A stretch of DNA of 64,000 nt from Longimicrobiales bacterium (GTDB lineage Bacteria > Gemmatimonadota > Gemmatimonadetes > Longimicrobiales > Gaopeijiaceae): NCBI GenBank assembly GCA_965116905.1, contig OZ220732.1:1248001-1312000 (forward strand), read 5' to 3'. Shown here one piece after another: positions 10,448 to 18,977 of the stretch. The translations under genes were made by a program, and so were the position numbers. The notes under the pieces were generated by a model. It saw only the letters and a list, made by a program, of their open reading frames with translations. It did not search any database and was not told where the DNA came from. How positions within the stretch are numbered: position 1 is the stretch's first letter; every line of letters starts with the position of its first letter.

Positions 10448-10864
10448 CTAGCAGTGCGCGTCGAAAGCGGCCTGCAGGTCGTCGGCGATCGCGGGCGCTG
10501 ACCGCCCCTCGATCTGGAAGCGCTCGAGCATGAACACGACATCGCCGTCCTTCAACAACGCGATCGAAGGGGAGGACGGCGGGTAGCCGATGAGCTGCTT
10601 GCGGGCTTCCGCGGTGGCGTCCAGATCCTGTCCGGCAAAGACCGTGACCTTGTGGTCCGGCTGCTTTTCGCCCTGCAGGGCCAGCGTCACGGCCGGGCGG
10701 AAGATCCCGGCAGCGCAGCCACACACGGAATTGACCGCGACGAGCACGGTGCCTTCCATGGCGTCCATCGCCTGGTTGACCTGCTCCGCGTCGCGGAGTT
10801 CCTGGAAGCCGATCTGAACCAGTTCGTGCCGCATCGGGGCGACCATCATTTCTGGGTAGGGCAT
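10448..10864 (-). CDS. BrxA/BrxB family bacilliredoxin
   Basis: VNSVCGCAAG..RP, TVFAGQD, PPSSPSIALLKDG, IEGR motifs. Confidence 0.92.
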   Translation of the reverse strand: MPYPEMMVAPMRHELVQIGFQELRDAEQVNQAMDAMEGTVLVAVNSVCGCAAGIFRPAVTLALQGEKQPDHKVTVFAGQDLDATAEARKQLIGYPPSSPSIALLKDGDVVFMLERFQIEGRSAPAIADDLQAAFDAHC

Positions 10865-10944
10865 GTTCTTGTGGGGTCCTGTGGCGGGGGTCGGTGGTTG
10901 TACAGGTGCTTGTAACCGATATTATAGGCCGAAGGAGGTCCCCG

Positions 10945-11478
10945 ATGGAAGTTGTCCGCCTGCGGGTGAATGGAGATGAGCGCGTTTGCGGGGTGCCCGC
11001 GCACTACACCCTGCTGGAAACGCTGCGCTACGGCCTGGGTCTGACCGGGTCCAAGCAGGGGTGCGACAAGGGGGACTGCGGAGCCTGTACCGTAATCATG
11101 GACGGACGGGCCATCCTGTCGTGCATCACGCCGGTGTGGGAGGCCGAGGGGCGCGAGGTGCGCACCGTCGAGGGGCTCGCCGAGGGGACGGAGCCGCACC
11201 CGGTGCAGGACGAATTCGACCTCAACGGGGCGGCGCAATGCGGGTTCTGCACGCCCGGCATCCTGTGCAGTTCGGTGGCGCTGCTCGATCGCAACCCGGC
11301 GGCGACCCGCGAGGAGATCCGGGCGGCGCTGGCGGGCAACCTTTGCCGCTGCACCGGCTACGCGAAGATCTACGACGCCGTGGAGGCCGCGGCGACCCGG
11401 GTGGGCGGGAAGGCGCCGGAACCGGAGCCAGCGGGGCCGGAGCCGAAGGCCACTCCGGTCGAGCGGGTGGGCGCGTGA
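10945..11478 (+). CDS. hcrC: [2Fe-2S] subunit of a xanthine-oxidase-family enzyme (HcrC-like)
   Basis: KQGCDKGDCGACT, QCGFCTPG, GNLCRCTGY; AAGGAGG RBS. Confidence 0.85.
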   Translation: MEVVRLRVNGDERVCGVPAHYTLLETLRYGLGLTGSKQGCDKGDCGACTVIMDGRAILSCITPVWEAEGREVRTVEGLAEGTEPHPVQDEFDLNGAAQCGFCTPGILCSSVALLDRNPAATREEIRAALAGNLCRCTGYAKIYDAVEAAATRVGGKAPEPEPAGPEPKATPVERVGA

Positions 11479-11488
11479 GGGTGGGCGC

Positions 11489-14400
11489 GTGAGCGTGCGC
11501 GACGCTCCGGGGCCCGCCATCGCGGGCGACGCCGCCGAGGCGGACCGGTCCGGCGACGTCCTCTCCACCATCGGTCGCCCCATGCGCAAGGTCGACGGGC
11601 TGGCGAAGGCGACCGGGAGGGCGCGCTACACCGACGACATCCGGCTTCCCGGGATGCTGCACGGGAAGATCCTCAGGAGCCCGCATCCGCATGCGCGCAT
11701 CCTGGCGATCGACACGTCGCGCGCCGAAGCGCTGGAAGGCGTCCACGCGGTGGTGACCGGCCGCGACATGCCCACGCGCTACGGCATCATTCCGTGGACG
11801 CCGGACGAGTATCCCCTGTGCGTGGACCGGGTGCGCCACATCGGCGATGGCGTGGCGGCGGTGGCCGCGGTGGACGAGGACACGGCCATCGCGGCGCTGG
11901 ACCTGATCGACGTGGCGTACGAGGAGCTGCCCGCGTACCTCGACCCGCACGAGGCGATCGCCGCCGACTCGGGCCCGTACATCCACGAGCCGCGCAAGCC
12001 GGGGTTGAACGGCAACGTGACCAAGGTCGTGCGGCTGGCGTTCGGCGACGTGGAGGCCGGGCTCGGCGACTCGCATGTGGTGGTCGAGGGCGACTACTTC
12101 TTCGAGGGGACGACCCACACGCCCATCGAACCCCACTGCGCGATCGGGCTCGCCGAGGGCGACGGCAAACTCACCGTGTGGTCGGCGACGCAGGTCCCCC
12201 ACTACCTCCACCGCGAGCTGGCCCGGGTCCTGGAGGTGGATCCGGCGCGGGTGCGGGTCATCCAGCCGCCGGTCGGCGGGGCGTTCGGCGGCAAGTCGGA
12301 GCCCTTCGACCTGGAATTCTGCGTCGCGAAGCTGTCGATGATGACGGGCCGGCCGGTCAAGATCCTGTACACGCGCGAAGAGGTCTTCTACTCGCACCGC
12401 GGGCGGCACCCGTTCCACATGCGATACCGGACCGGGGCCACGCGCGACGGCATGCTCACCTCGGTCGACGCCAGGATCGTCATGGACGGCGGGGCGTACG
12501 CGTCCTTCGGGCTGGTCACGACCTACTACGCCGGGCAGCTCCTGACGGCGCCGTACCAAATGCCCGCGTACCGCTTCCACTCGACGCGCGCGTACACGAA
12601 CAAGCCAGCGTGCGGACCGAAGCGGGGTCACGGCTCGGTGCAGCCCCGGTTCGCGTTCGAGGTCCAGCTCGACCGGATCGCCGAGAAGCTCGAGATCGAC
12701 CCGATCGAACTGCGCAGGCGGAACTTCATCGGTGCGAACACGCGTACGGTGAACGACCTGCGGATCACGTCCAACGGCTTCCTGGAGTGCCTGGACGAGG
12801 TGGAGCGCGCGAGCGACTGGAAGCGCAAGCACCGCCGTCTGCCCTTCGGGCGCGGGGTGGGCGTCGCGGGATCGACCTACATCACGGGCACCAACTACCC
12901 GATCTACCCCAACGACATGCCGCAGTCGGGGATCCAGCTCCAGGTGGACCGGTCGGGGCGGGTGGCGGTCTTCTCCGGAGCTTCCGAGATCGGCCAGGGC
13001 GTCGATTCGATGGTCGCCTACATCGTGGCCGAGGAGCTGGGCGTGCCGCTGGACCATATCCGGGTGCTGGCGGGCGACACCGACTTCACGCCGGTCGATC
13101 TGGGCGCGTACTCGTCGAGGGTCACCTTCATGCTGGGGAACGCCTGTATCGACGCGGCGCGGAAGCTCAAGGCGCAGGTGCAGGAGGCCGTCGGGGCCGA
13201 GTGGGGCGTGAAGCCGCGCGAGGTGCTGCTGGCCGGGGGGCTGGCCCTGCAGGCGGGGGACACGGGCACGAGCATGCCGGTACGGGACGCATTCAACCTG
13301 GCCGAGGCCGCGTTCGGGACGCTGGGCGCCACGGGGTCGTACAACACGCCCAAGGACGTGCATGGGGACTACAGGGGCGCGACGATCGGCGCTTCCCCCG
13401 CGTACTCGTTCACCGCGCACGTGGCCGAGGTGGAGGTGGACGTGGAGACGGGCTTCGTGACGGTCGACAGGATCTGGATCGCCCACGACTGTGGACGGGC
13501 CCTGAACCCGGTACTGGTCGCCGGGCAGATGGAAGGTTCGGCGTACATGGGGTTCGCCGAGGCGCTGATGGAGGAACAGATCTTCAAGTCGGAGGACCAG
13601 GGGCGCGCGGGCCTGCACAACGCGCCCTCGCTGCTGGACTACCGGATCCCGACCAGCCTGGATACGCCGGAGCTGGAGTCGCTGATCGTCGAGTCGATCG
13701 ACCCCGAGGGCCCCTACGGCGCCAAGGAGGCCGGTGAAGGGCCGCTGCACCCGTCCATTCCGGCCATTGCCAACGCCATCTACGACGCGGTAGGCGTCCG
13801 CATGGACTCGTTGCCGTTCTCGCCGCCTCGCGTCTGGCGGGCGCTGCGGTCCGCGGGTGTGTCGCTCCGGTCCGGGGGCGCGGCGCTTCGGTCCGGGGGC
13901 GCGGCGCTTCTGGCCGTCCTCGGGGCCGGGGCGTGCGAGAGCCCTCCCGGCCCTCCCGATGCCGGCACGGATCGCGACTGGGAGATCGCCCGCGATCACT
14001 ACGAGTGGGCGGTCGCGCAGCAGCCCGATACGTTCCCCCGCTTCGGCGACCTCGTGGCGCGCATCGGCGAACGCTTCGTCGGGACGACCTATGAGCCGCA
14101 CACGCTGGAAGTCCCCGGACCCGAGCGCCTCGTCGTCAACCTGCAGGCGCTCGACTGCGTGACCTTCGTCGAGAACGCCCTGGCGCTCGCGCGTCTGGCT
14201 CGGCACCAGCCGCCGGAGGGCGCGTTCAGGAATGCGTACCGGGACGAACTCACGCGGATCCGCTACCGGGGGGGAGTGCTGGACGGATACCCCAGCCGCC
14301 TCCACTACTTCAGCGAATGGATCGCGGACAACGAGGCCGCGGGAATCCTGACCGCACTCTCGCGGGAACTCGGCGGCGTGGCGGACAGCTCGGCCATCGA

Positions 14401-14779
14401 CTTCATGTCCACCCACCCGGACGCGTACAGGCAGCTCGCCGATCCGGATGTCCTGGCGGGCGTCCTGCGCACGGAGGGGCGGATCAGTGCGGTCGAGCGG
14501 TACTACATACCGCAGGAGGAGATCGCCGCGAAGGCACATCTGATCCGTGATGGCGACATCATTGCCGCGACGAGCACGGTCCCCGGCCTGGATATCGCGC
14601 ACACGGGGATCGCCCTCTGGCAGGAAGGCGAGTTGCGGCTTCTCCACGCGCCGCTGGTGGGTTCGCACGTGGAGATCAGCGAGGGGACGCTGGCCGAGCG
14701 GATCCAGCGGATCGGCGGCCAGGACGGGATCATGGTCGCGCGGCCGGTCGCGCCCGGTGGAGTGCACGCGGACCGCTAG
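11489..14779 (+). CDS. hcrA: Molybdopterin-binding subunit (HcrA-like) fused in frame to a C-terminal DUF1460/NlpC-P60 amidase-like domain
   Basis: First ~790 aa show XDH-family motifs (VGGAFGGK, GQMEGS, GPYGAKEAGEG); from ~13930 LDCVTFVE, RLHYFSEW, GDIIA..GLDIAHTG, LLHA. Confidence 0.8.
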   Translation: MSVRDAPGPAIAGDAAEADRSGDVLSTIGRPMRKVDGLAKATGRARYTDDIRLPGMLHGKILRSPHPHARILAIDTSRAEALEGVHAVVTGRDMPTRYGIIPWTPDEYPLCVDRVRHIGDGVAAVAAVDEDTAIAALDLIDVAYEELPAYLDPHEAIAADSGPYIHEPRKPGLNGNVTKVVRLAFGDVEAGLGDSHVVVEGDYFFEGTTHTPIEPHCAIGLAEGDGKLTVWSATQVPHYLHRELARVLEVDPARVRVIQPPVGGAFGGKSEPFDLEFCVAKLSMMTGRPVKILYTREEVFYSHRGRHPFHMRYRTGATRDGMLTSVDARIVMDGGAYASFGLVTTYYAGQLLTAPYQMPAYRFHSTRAYTNKPACGPKRGHGSVQPRFAFEVQLDRIAEKLEIDPIELRRRNFIGANTRTVNDLRITSNGFLECLDEVERASDWKRKHRRLPFGRGVGVAGSTYITGTNYPIYPNDMPQSGIQLQVDRSGRVAVFSGASEIGQGVDSMVAYIVAEELGVPLDHIRVLAGDTDFTPVDLGAYSSRVTFMLGNACIDAARKLKAQVQEAVGAEWGVKPREVLLAGGLALQAGDTGTSMPVRDAFNLAEAAFGTLGATGSYNTPKDVHGDYRGATIGASPAYSFTAHVAEVEVDVETGFVTVDRIWIAHDCGRALNPVLVAGQMEGSAYMGFAEALMEEQIFKSEDQGRAGLHNAPSLLDYRIPTSLDTPELESLIVESIDPEGPYGAKEAGEGPLHPSIPAIANAIYDAVGVRMDSLPFSPPRVWRALRSAGVSLRSGGAALRSGGAALLAVLGAGACESPPGPPDAGTDRDWEIARDHYEWAVAQQPDTFPRFGDLVARIGERFVGTTYEPHTLEVPGPERLVVNLQALDCVTFVENALALARLARHQPPEGAFRNAYRDELTRIRYRGGVLDGYPSRLHYFSEWIADNEAAGILTALSRELGGVADSSAIDFMSTHPDAYRQLADPDVLAGVLRTEGRISAVERYYIPQEEIAAKAHLIRDGDIIAATSTVPGLDIAHTGIALWQEGELRLLHAPLVGSHVEISEGTLAERIQRIGGQDGIMVARPVAPGGVHADR

Positions 14780-14782
14780 CCG

Positions 14783-15823
14783 ATGCTCCGCCTTCCACCC
14801 TTCCGCTACCACCGGCCGCGCACGGTGCCCGACGCCGTCGCCCTGCTGGCCGAGTTCGGCACGGACGCCATGCCGATCGCTGGCGGCACCGACCTGATGC
14901 CCAACATGAAGCACCGGCTCTTCACGCCGGCGCATGTGGTGTCGCTGAAGGGTGTTGGCGCCATGCGCGGGATCAAGGTGGTGGAAGGTCCGGGCGCCGG
15001 GGCGGGGGACGCCGGGACGGCCACCCACGCGCCGGGGGCCGGGACGGCCCTGCGCATCGGCGCGCTCGAGACCCTTGCCGATGTCGCGGCGAGTCCGCTA
15101 GTCCGCCGTCACTTTCCCGGTCTGGCGTACGCCGCGGGCGTGGTGGCGGGTCCCCAGCTGCGCAACATGGGCACGATCGGCGGCAACGTCTGCCTCGACA
15201 CACGGTGCACGTACTACAACCAGACGCGGTTCTGGCGGAGCGCCCTGGGGTACTGTCTCAAGAAGGACGGAACCGTCTGCCACGTAACCGGGGTGGGCAA
15301 GAAGTGCGTGGCCGCCCATTCGGCCGACACGCCACCCAATCTCATCGCGCTTGGCGCCAGCCTCACCCTGGCCGGCCCGCATGGCGAGAGGACCCTGGAC
15401 GCTGCAGACTTCTTTGTGACCGATGGCATCTGGAACACCCGCCGGGAACCCGATGAAATCCTCACCGCGATCACCATTCCCATCGCGCGGAGCCGCCGCA
15501 GCGCGTACGGTAAGCTGCGCCAGCGCAACTCGATCGACTTCCCCCTCCTCTCGGTGGCGGTTGTGGGCGACTTCGGGGAGACGGGGACCGTGAAACGGCT
15601 GACCGGCGTCGTGTCCGCCCTGGGGGCGCGGCCGCGGGTGCTGGCGGGCTGGTCGGAACTGGCGGTCGGCGGGCGGCTCGATGGCGCGACGATCGACGCG
15701 CTGGCGGAGCGGGCGCATGCACAGTGCCGGCCCCTGGACAACCTGATTGTGGATGCCGAATGGCGGCGGGCGATGGTGCCCGTGTATGTTCGGCGAACTC
15801 TGGAGGAGTTGACCGTGTCATGA
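14783..15823 (+). CDS. hcrB: FAD-binding subunit with [4Fe-4S] insert (HcrB-like)
   Basis: IAGGTDLMPNMK, QLRNMGTIGGNVCLDTRCTYYNQ..CLK..CHV..C. Confidence 0.85.
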   Translation: MLRLPPFRYHRPRTVPDAVALLAEFGTDAMPIAGGTDLMPNMKHRLFTPAHVVSLKGVGAMRGIKVVEGPGAGAGDAGTATHAPGAGTALRIGALETLADVAASPLVRRHFPGLAYAAGVVAGPQLRNMGTIGGNVCLDTRCTYYNQTRFWRSALGYCLKKDGTVCHVTGVGKKCVAAHSADTPPNLIALGASLTLAGPHGERTLDAADFFVTDGIWNTRREPDEILTAITIPIARSRRSAYGKLRQRNSIDFPLLSVAVVGDFGETGTVKRLTGVVSALGARPRVLAGWSELAVGGRLDGATIDALAERAHAQCRPLDNLIVDAEWRRAMVPVYVRRTLEELTVS

Positions 15824-16311
15824 AGCGCGAACGCGCGTTATACCGTGAGCGAACCTGGGCTCCGGCGTGGGTGTGGGTTCTGATCTGGGGAGCATGCCTG
15901 GCGGCGGTCGGTGCGACGGTCTACGGGGCGGGCCGCGAACCGATGTCGACGGCCGCGCTGGTCCTGACCGTAGGGGCCGTGCTGCTCTTCCCCCTCCTCC
16001 TGAGCACCCTTTTCCTGTGTCTCGACGTCGAGGTCCGTGCCGATCACCTCTTCATCGCCTTCGGGCCGATGCATCTCGTGCGCAAGCGGATCGCGTACCG
16101 GGACATGGAGTCTGCGGAGGCGATCACGTACAGCCCGCTCCGCGAGTTCGGCGGATGGGGGATTCGCCCCACGAAACGAAGGACCGCGTGGACCATACGG
16201 GGCAACAAGGCCGTTCGCATCACCCTGGGCAGCGGCAGGCAGATCTACGTGGGATCGCGCTACGCGCACCGGCTGGCCGGCCGCATCGCGCCGCGCCTGG
16301 GGGTGCGCTGA
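15820..16311 (+). CDS. Small two-TM membrane protein (PH-like C-terminal domain)
   Basis: YRERTW, two TM helices, YSPLREFGGWGIR..GNKAVRI..IYVGS. Confidence 0.7.
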   Translation: MKRERALYRERTWAPAWVWVLIWGACLAAVGATVYGAGREPMSTAALVLTVGAVLLFPLLLSTLFLCLDVEVRADHLFIAFGPMHLVRKRIAYRDMESAEAITYSPLREFGGWGIRPTKRRTAWTIRGNKAVRITLGSGRQIYVGSRYAHRLAGRIAPRLGVR

Positions 16312-16320
16312 TAATCTGCG

Positions 16321-16404
16321 GCTTTAGCTAAGCTAGACTAAGCTAAGCTAGAGCCAGGCTGGGCCGGGGCTAAGCCAGGCTGAGCCGCGGCTGGGCCGGG
16401 CTAG
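16321..16404. repeat. Degenerate pentamer microsatellite between convergent genes
   Basis: GCTAA/GCTAG/GCCAG/GCTGG/GCCGG units with ~5-bp period. Confidence 0.7.
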
Positions 16405-17675
16405 GCCCGCTCCAGGACCATCGCGAAGCCCATGCCGCCTGCCGCGCACACGGTCACCATGCCGAACTGACCGTCCCGCCGCCGCAACTCGTTGAGGAGC
16501 GTCACGGTCAGGCGCCCGCCCGTCGCGCCGAAGGGGTGACCGATCGCGATGGAGCCGCCCATCACGTTGATCGCGTCCGGGTCGGGGTGGCCCAGTCGGC
16601 TGGAGCGGCCGAGTTCGTCGCGCCCGAAGGCGTCGGAGTCCCACGCCTGCAGGTTCGACAGCACCTGGGCGGCGAATGCCTCGTGCATCTCCAGCAGGTC
16701 GATGTCGGCCATGGTGATCCCGGCCCGCTCGAGCGCGATGGGCGCGGCGTAGGCGGGTCCCTGAAGCAGTTGGGCGGCCGGATCGAGGGCCGTGAACGCG
16801 TAGCTGCGCACATACCCCAGCGGCTCCAGTTGCAGGTCGCGCGCGCGTGACGGCGACATGAGCAGGACGGCGGACGCCCCGTCGGTCAGCGGCGACGAAG
16901 TGCCCGCGGTTACGGACCCGAATCGCCTGTCGAACACGGGACGGAGCGCGGACAGCGCCTCCATCGAGGTATTCGCCCGGATGCCGTTGTCGCGCTCCAC
17001 GATGTCCTTGTAGCGCGGGGGTACGTAGACCGGGGCGATCTCGGCGGTCAGGCGCCCGTCTTCGGTGCCGGCGTGCGCCTTGCGGTGCGACCCCAGCGCC
17101 CACCGGTCCTGGTCCTCGCGTGCGATCCCGTTCTCCTTGGCCATGCGCTCGGCCGCCGCGCCCATGGTCTCGCCGGTCGAATACTCGGCGATCGCGGGAG
17201 CCACCGGCACGAGGTCGCGCGGGCGCAGCGCGGTGAAGGCGCGAAGCCGCGCTCCGAGGCTCTTCGCCTTCGAGGCCGACACCAGCGTTCTGGCAAGACG
17301 GTCGGACGCCAGAATCGGGACACGGGACAGGCACTCGGCCCCACCGGCGACGACCACGTCGGCGACGCCCGCCTCGATCAGATTCACCCCGTCGGTGATG
17401 GCCTGGTTGGCCGAGGCGCAGGCCCGTGAAACGGTTGTGGCCGGAACGTCGTGCGGCAGGGTGGCCAGCCCGACCTCGCGCGCGATGTTGGGTGCTTGCG
17501 GGTCGTGGACGACCGTGCCGTAGATCAGCTGGTCGACCAGGTCGGGTGCAACCGGGGTGCGGGCCAGGAGCTCCGTGACCGCGTGGCGACCCAGTTCGAT
17601 CGCCGTCATGCGTGCGAAGTGGGTGCCGGCCCTGGTGAACGGGGTGCGGCAGCCGGAAACGATGGCAGTCTTCAT
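16401..17675 (-). CDS. fadI: Acetyl-CoA C-acyltransferase (thiolase, FadI-like)
   Basis: GCRTPFTR, APNIAREV, VSRACAS, MHEAFAAQVL, GGSIAIGHPFGATG, CAAGG. Confidence 0.9.
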   Translation of the reverse strand: MKTAIVSGCRTPFTRAGTHFARMTAIELGRHAVTELLARTPVAPDLVDQLIYGTVVHDPQAPNIAREVGLATLPHDVPATTVSRACASANQAITDGVNLIEAGVADVVVAGGAECLSRVPILASDRLARTLVSASKAKSLGARLRAFTALRPRDLVPVAPAIAEYSTGETMGAAAERMAKENGIAREDQDRWALGSHRKAHAGTEDGRLTAEIAPVYVPPRYKDIVERDNGIRANTSMEALSALRPVFDRRFGSVTAGTSSPLTDGASAVLLMSPSRARDLQLEPLGYVRSYAFTALDPAAQLLQGPAYAAPIALERAGITMADIDLLEMHEAFAAQVLSNLQAWDSDAFGRDELGRSSRLGHPDPDAINVMGGSIAIGHPFGATGGRLTVTLLNELRRRDGQFGMVTVCAAGGMGFAMVLERA

Positions 17676-17711
17676 TGGTGACCTCGACCCACGTCTGTTT
17701 ACCTTAGACCG

Positions 17712-18977
17712 ATGCAAGCCGTCGAATTCAAGGTAACGATCCCCGGGTTCATCCTGGCCCGGAGCCTGGGCCGTGTCAGCGACGCTTTCGTCTACGGTCG
17801 TCCCTCGGGCGTGCGCCTGGTGGATCGGCCGGTGCCGGCGGTGCCGGGCGACGACTGGGTCCGGATCGATGTCCAGCTGTGCGGCATCTGCGGCAGCGAC
17901 CTGGGGAACATCTCCTACAAGTCCAGTCCGGCGATGGAGCCCTTCGGGTCCTTCCCCGCGGTGCTCGGGCACGAGATTCTGGGACGCGTGGCCGAGGTGG
18001 GGTCCGGGGTCTCGAATCTGGAGGTGGGCCAGCGCGTGGTCGTGGACCCCATGCTGCACTGCGAGGCCCGTGGTTGGGAAGAGGACTCCTGGTGTCCGTC
18101 GTGCGATGCGGGGCGCCACTCCACCTGCGAGCAGTCGGGAGACGAAGGACCCCTGCAGGTGACTTCGGACGGCCTGGCTCCGGGACTGACCATCGGGTAC
18201 CATCGCGACCTGCCCGGCGGCTGGGGCGAGCAGATGATCGCGCACAGGCGGCAGGTGTTCCCGGTGCCGGACGACGTGCCGGACCGGGTCGCCGTGCTCG
18301 CCGAGCCCCTCTCGATCGGGGTGCACGCCGTGCTGCGAAGCGGCGGCCAGCGGTCGCGCGGCCCGATCCTGGTGATCGGGAGCGGCACGATCGCGTTCGC
18401 GGCCATCTGGTCGTTGCGCACCCTGGGCTATTCCGGCCACCTCGTCGCGCAGGCCAAGCGGCCGCATGAGGTCGCGCTGGCCAGGGCCCTGGGCGCCGAC
18501 GAGGTCGTCACGCCGGGCGACGAGGCGCGACAGGCGCTGGTCGATACCGGGGCGAGCGCCTACATGCCGGTCGTCGGGGACGAGGTCTACGCGGGCGGCG
18601 GTTTCCCCCTGGTGTTCGACTGCGTGGGGTCCCAATCGAGCATGATGCAGTCGTTGCGCTACGCGTCGGCGCACGGCAGGGTCGTGCTGCTGGGGTGTGC
18701 GGGCCAGCTGCGCAAGCTGGATCTCACGTTCGTCTGGGCGAAGGAGCTCCGGGTGCAGGGGTACGTCGGATACGGCGCCGAGGAGTGGCTGGGACGCCAC
18801 CTCCACACCTTCGAGGTGACGCTGGAACGCATGGCCGCGGAGTTGGCCGCCGGCAACGGGGCGCTGGACGGAATGGTCACCCACGTCTTCCCGCTGGCCC
18901 AGTACCGCGACGCCTTGCGCGCCGCCTACGACCACCGCCGCAGCAAGGCGGTCAAGGTGGTGCTGCAGTCCGGGTAG
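17712..18977 (+). CDS. Zn-dependent alcohol dehydrogenase (MDR family)
   Basis: CGICGSD, LGHEILG, structural Zn Cys cluster, GSGTI. Confidence 0.9.
   Translation: MQAVEFKVTIPGFILARSLGRVSDAFVYGRPSGVRLVDRPVPAVPGDDWVRIDVQLCGICGSDLGNISYKSSPAMEPFGSFPAVLGHEILGRVAEVGSGVSNLEVGQRVVVDPMLHCEARGWEEDSWCPSCDAGRHSTCEQSGDEGPLQVTSDGLAPGLTIGYHRDLPGGWGEQMIAHRRQVFPVPDDVPDRVAVLAEPLSIGVHAVLRSGGQRSRGPILVIGSGTIAFAAIWSLRTLGYSGHLVAQAKRPHEVALARALGADEVVTPGDEARQALVDTGASAYMPVVGDEVYAGGGFPLVFDCVGSQSSMMQSLRYASAHGRVVLLGCAGQLRKLDLTFVWAKELRVQGYVGYGAEEWLGRHLHTFEVTLERMAAELAAGNGALDGMVTHVFPLAQYRDALRAAYDHRRSKAVKVVLQSG

Noticed and set aside
11222..15028. 1268-aa minus-strand ORF and similar long antisense ORFs (e.g. 35746-37476, 27244-28887, 45504-47369)
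   Set aside because: Shadow frames of well-supported genes in high-GC DNA; no recognisable motifs.
16401..18935. 844-aa thiolase and other long N-terminal extensions in the ORF track (sufD 882 aa, channel 551 aa, 61900 ORF)
   Set aside because: The extensions overlap neighbouring real genes; family homology starts at the later start codons.
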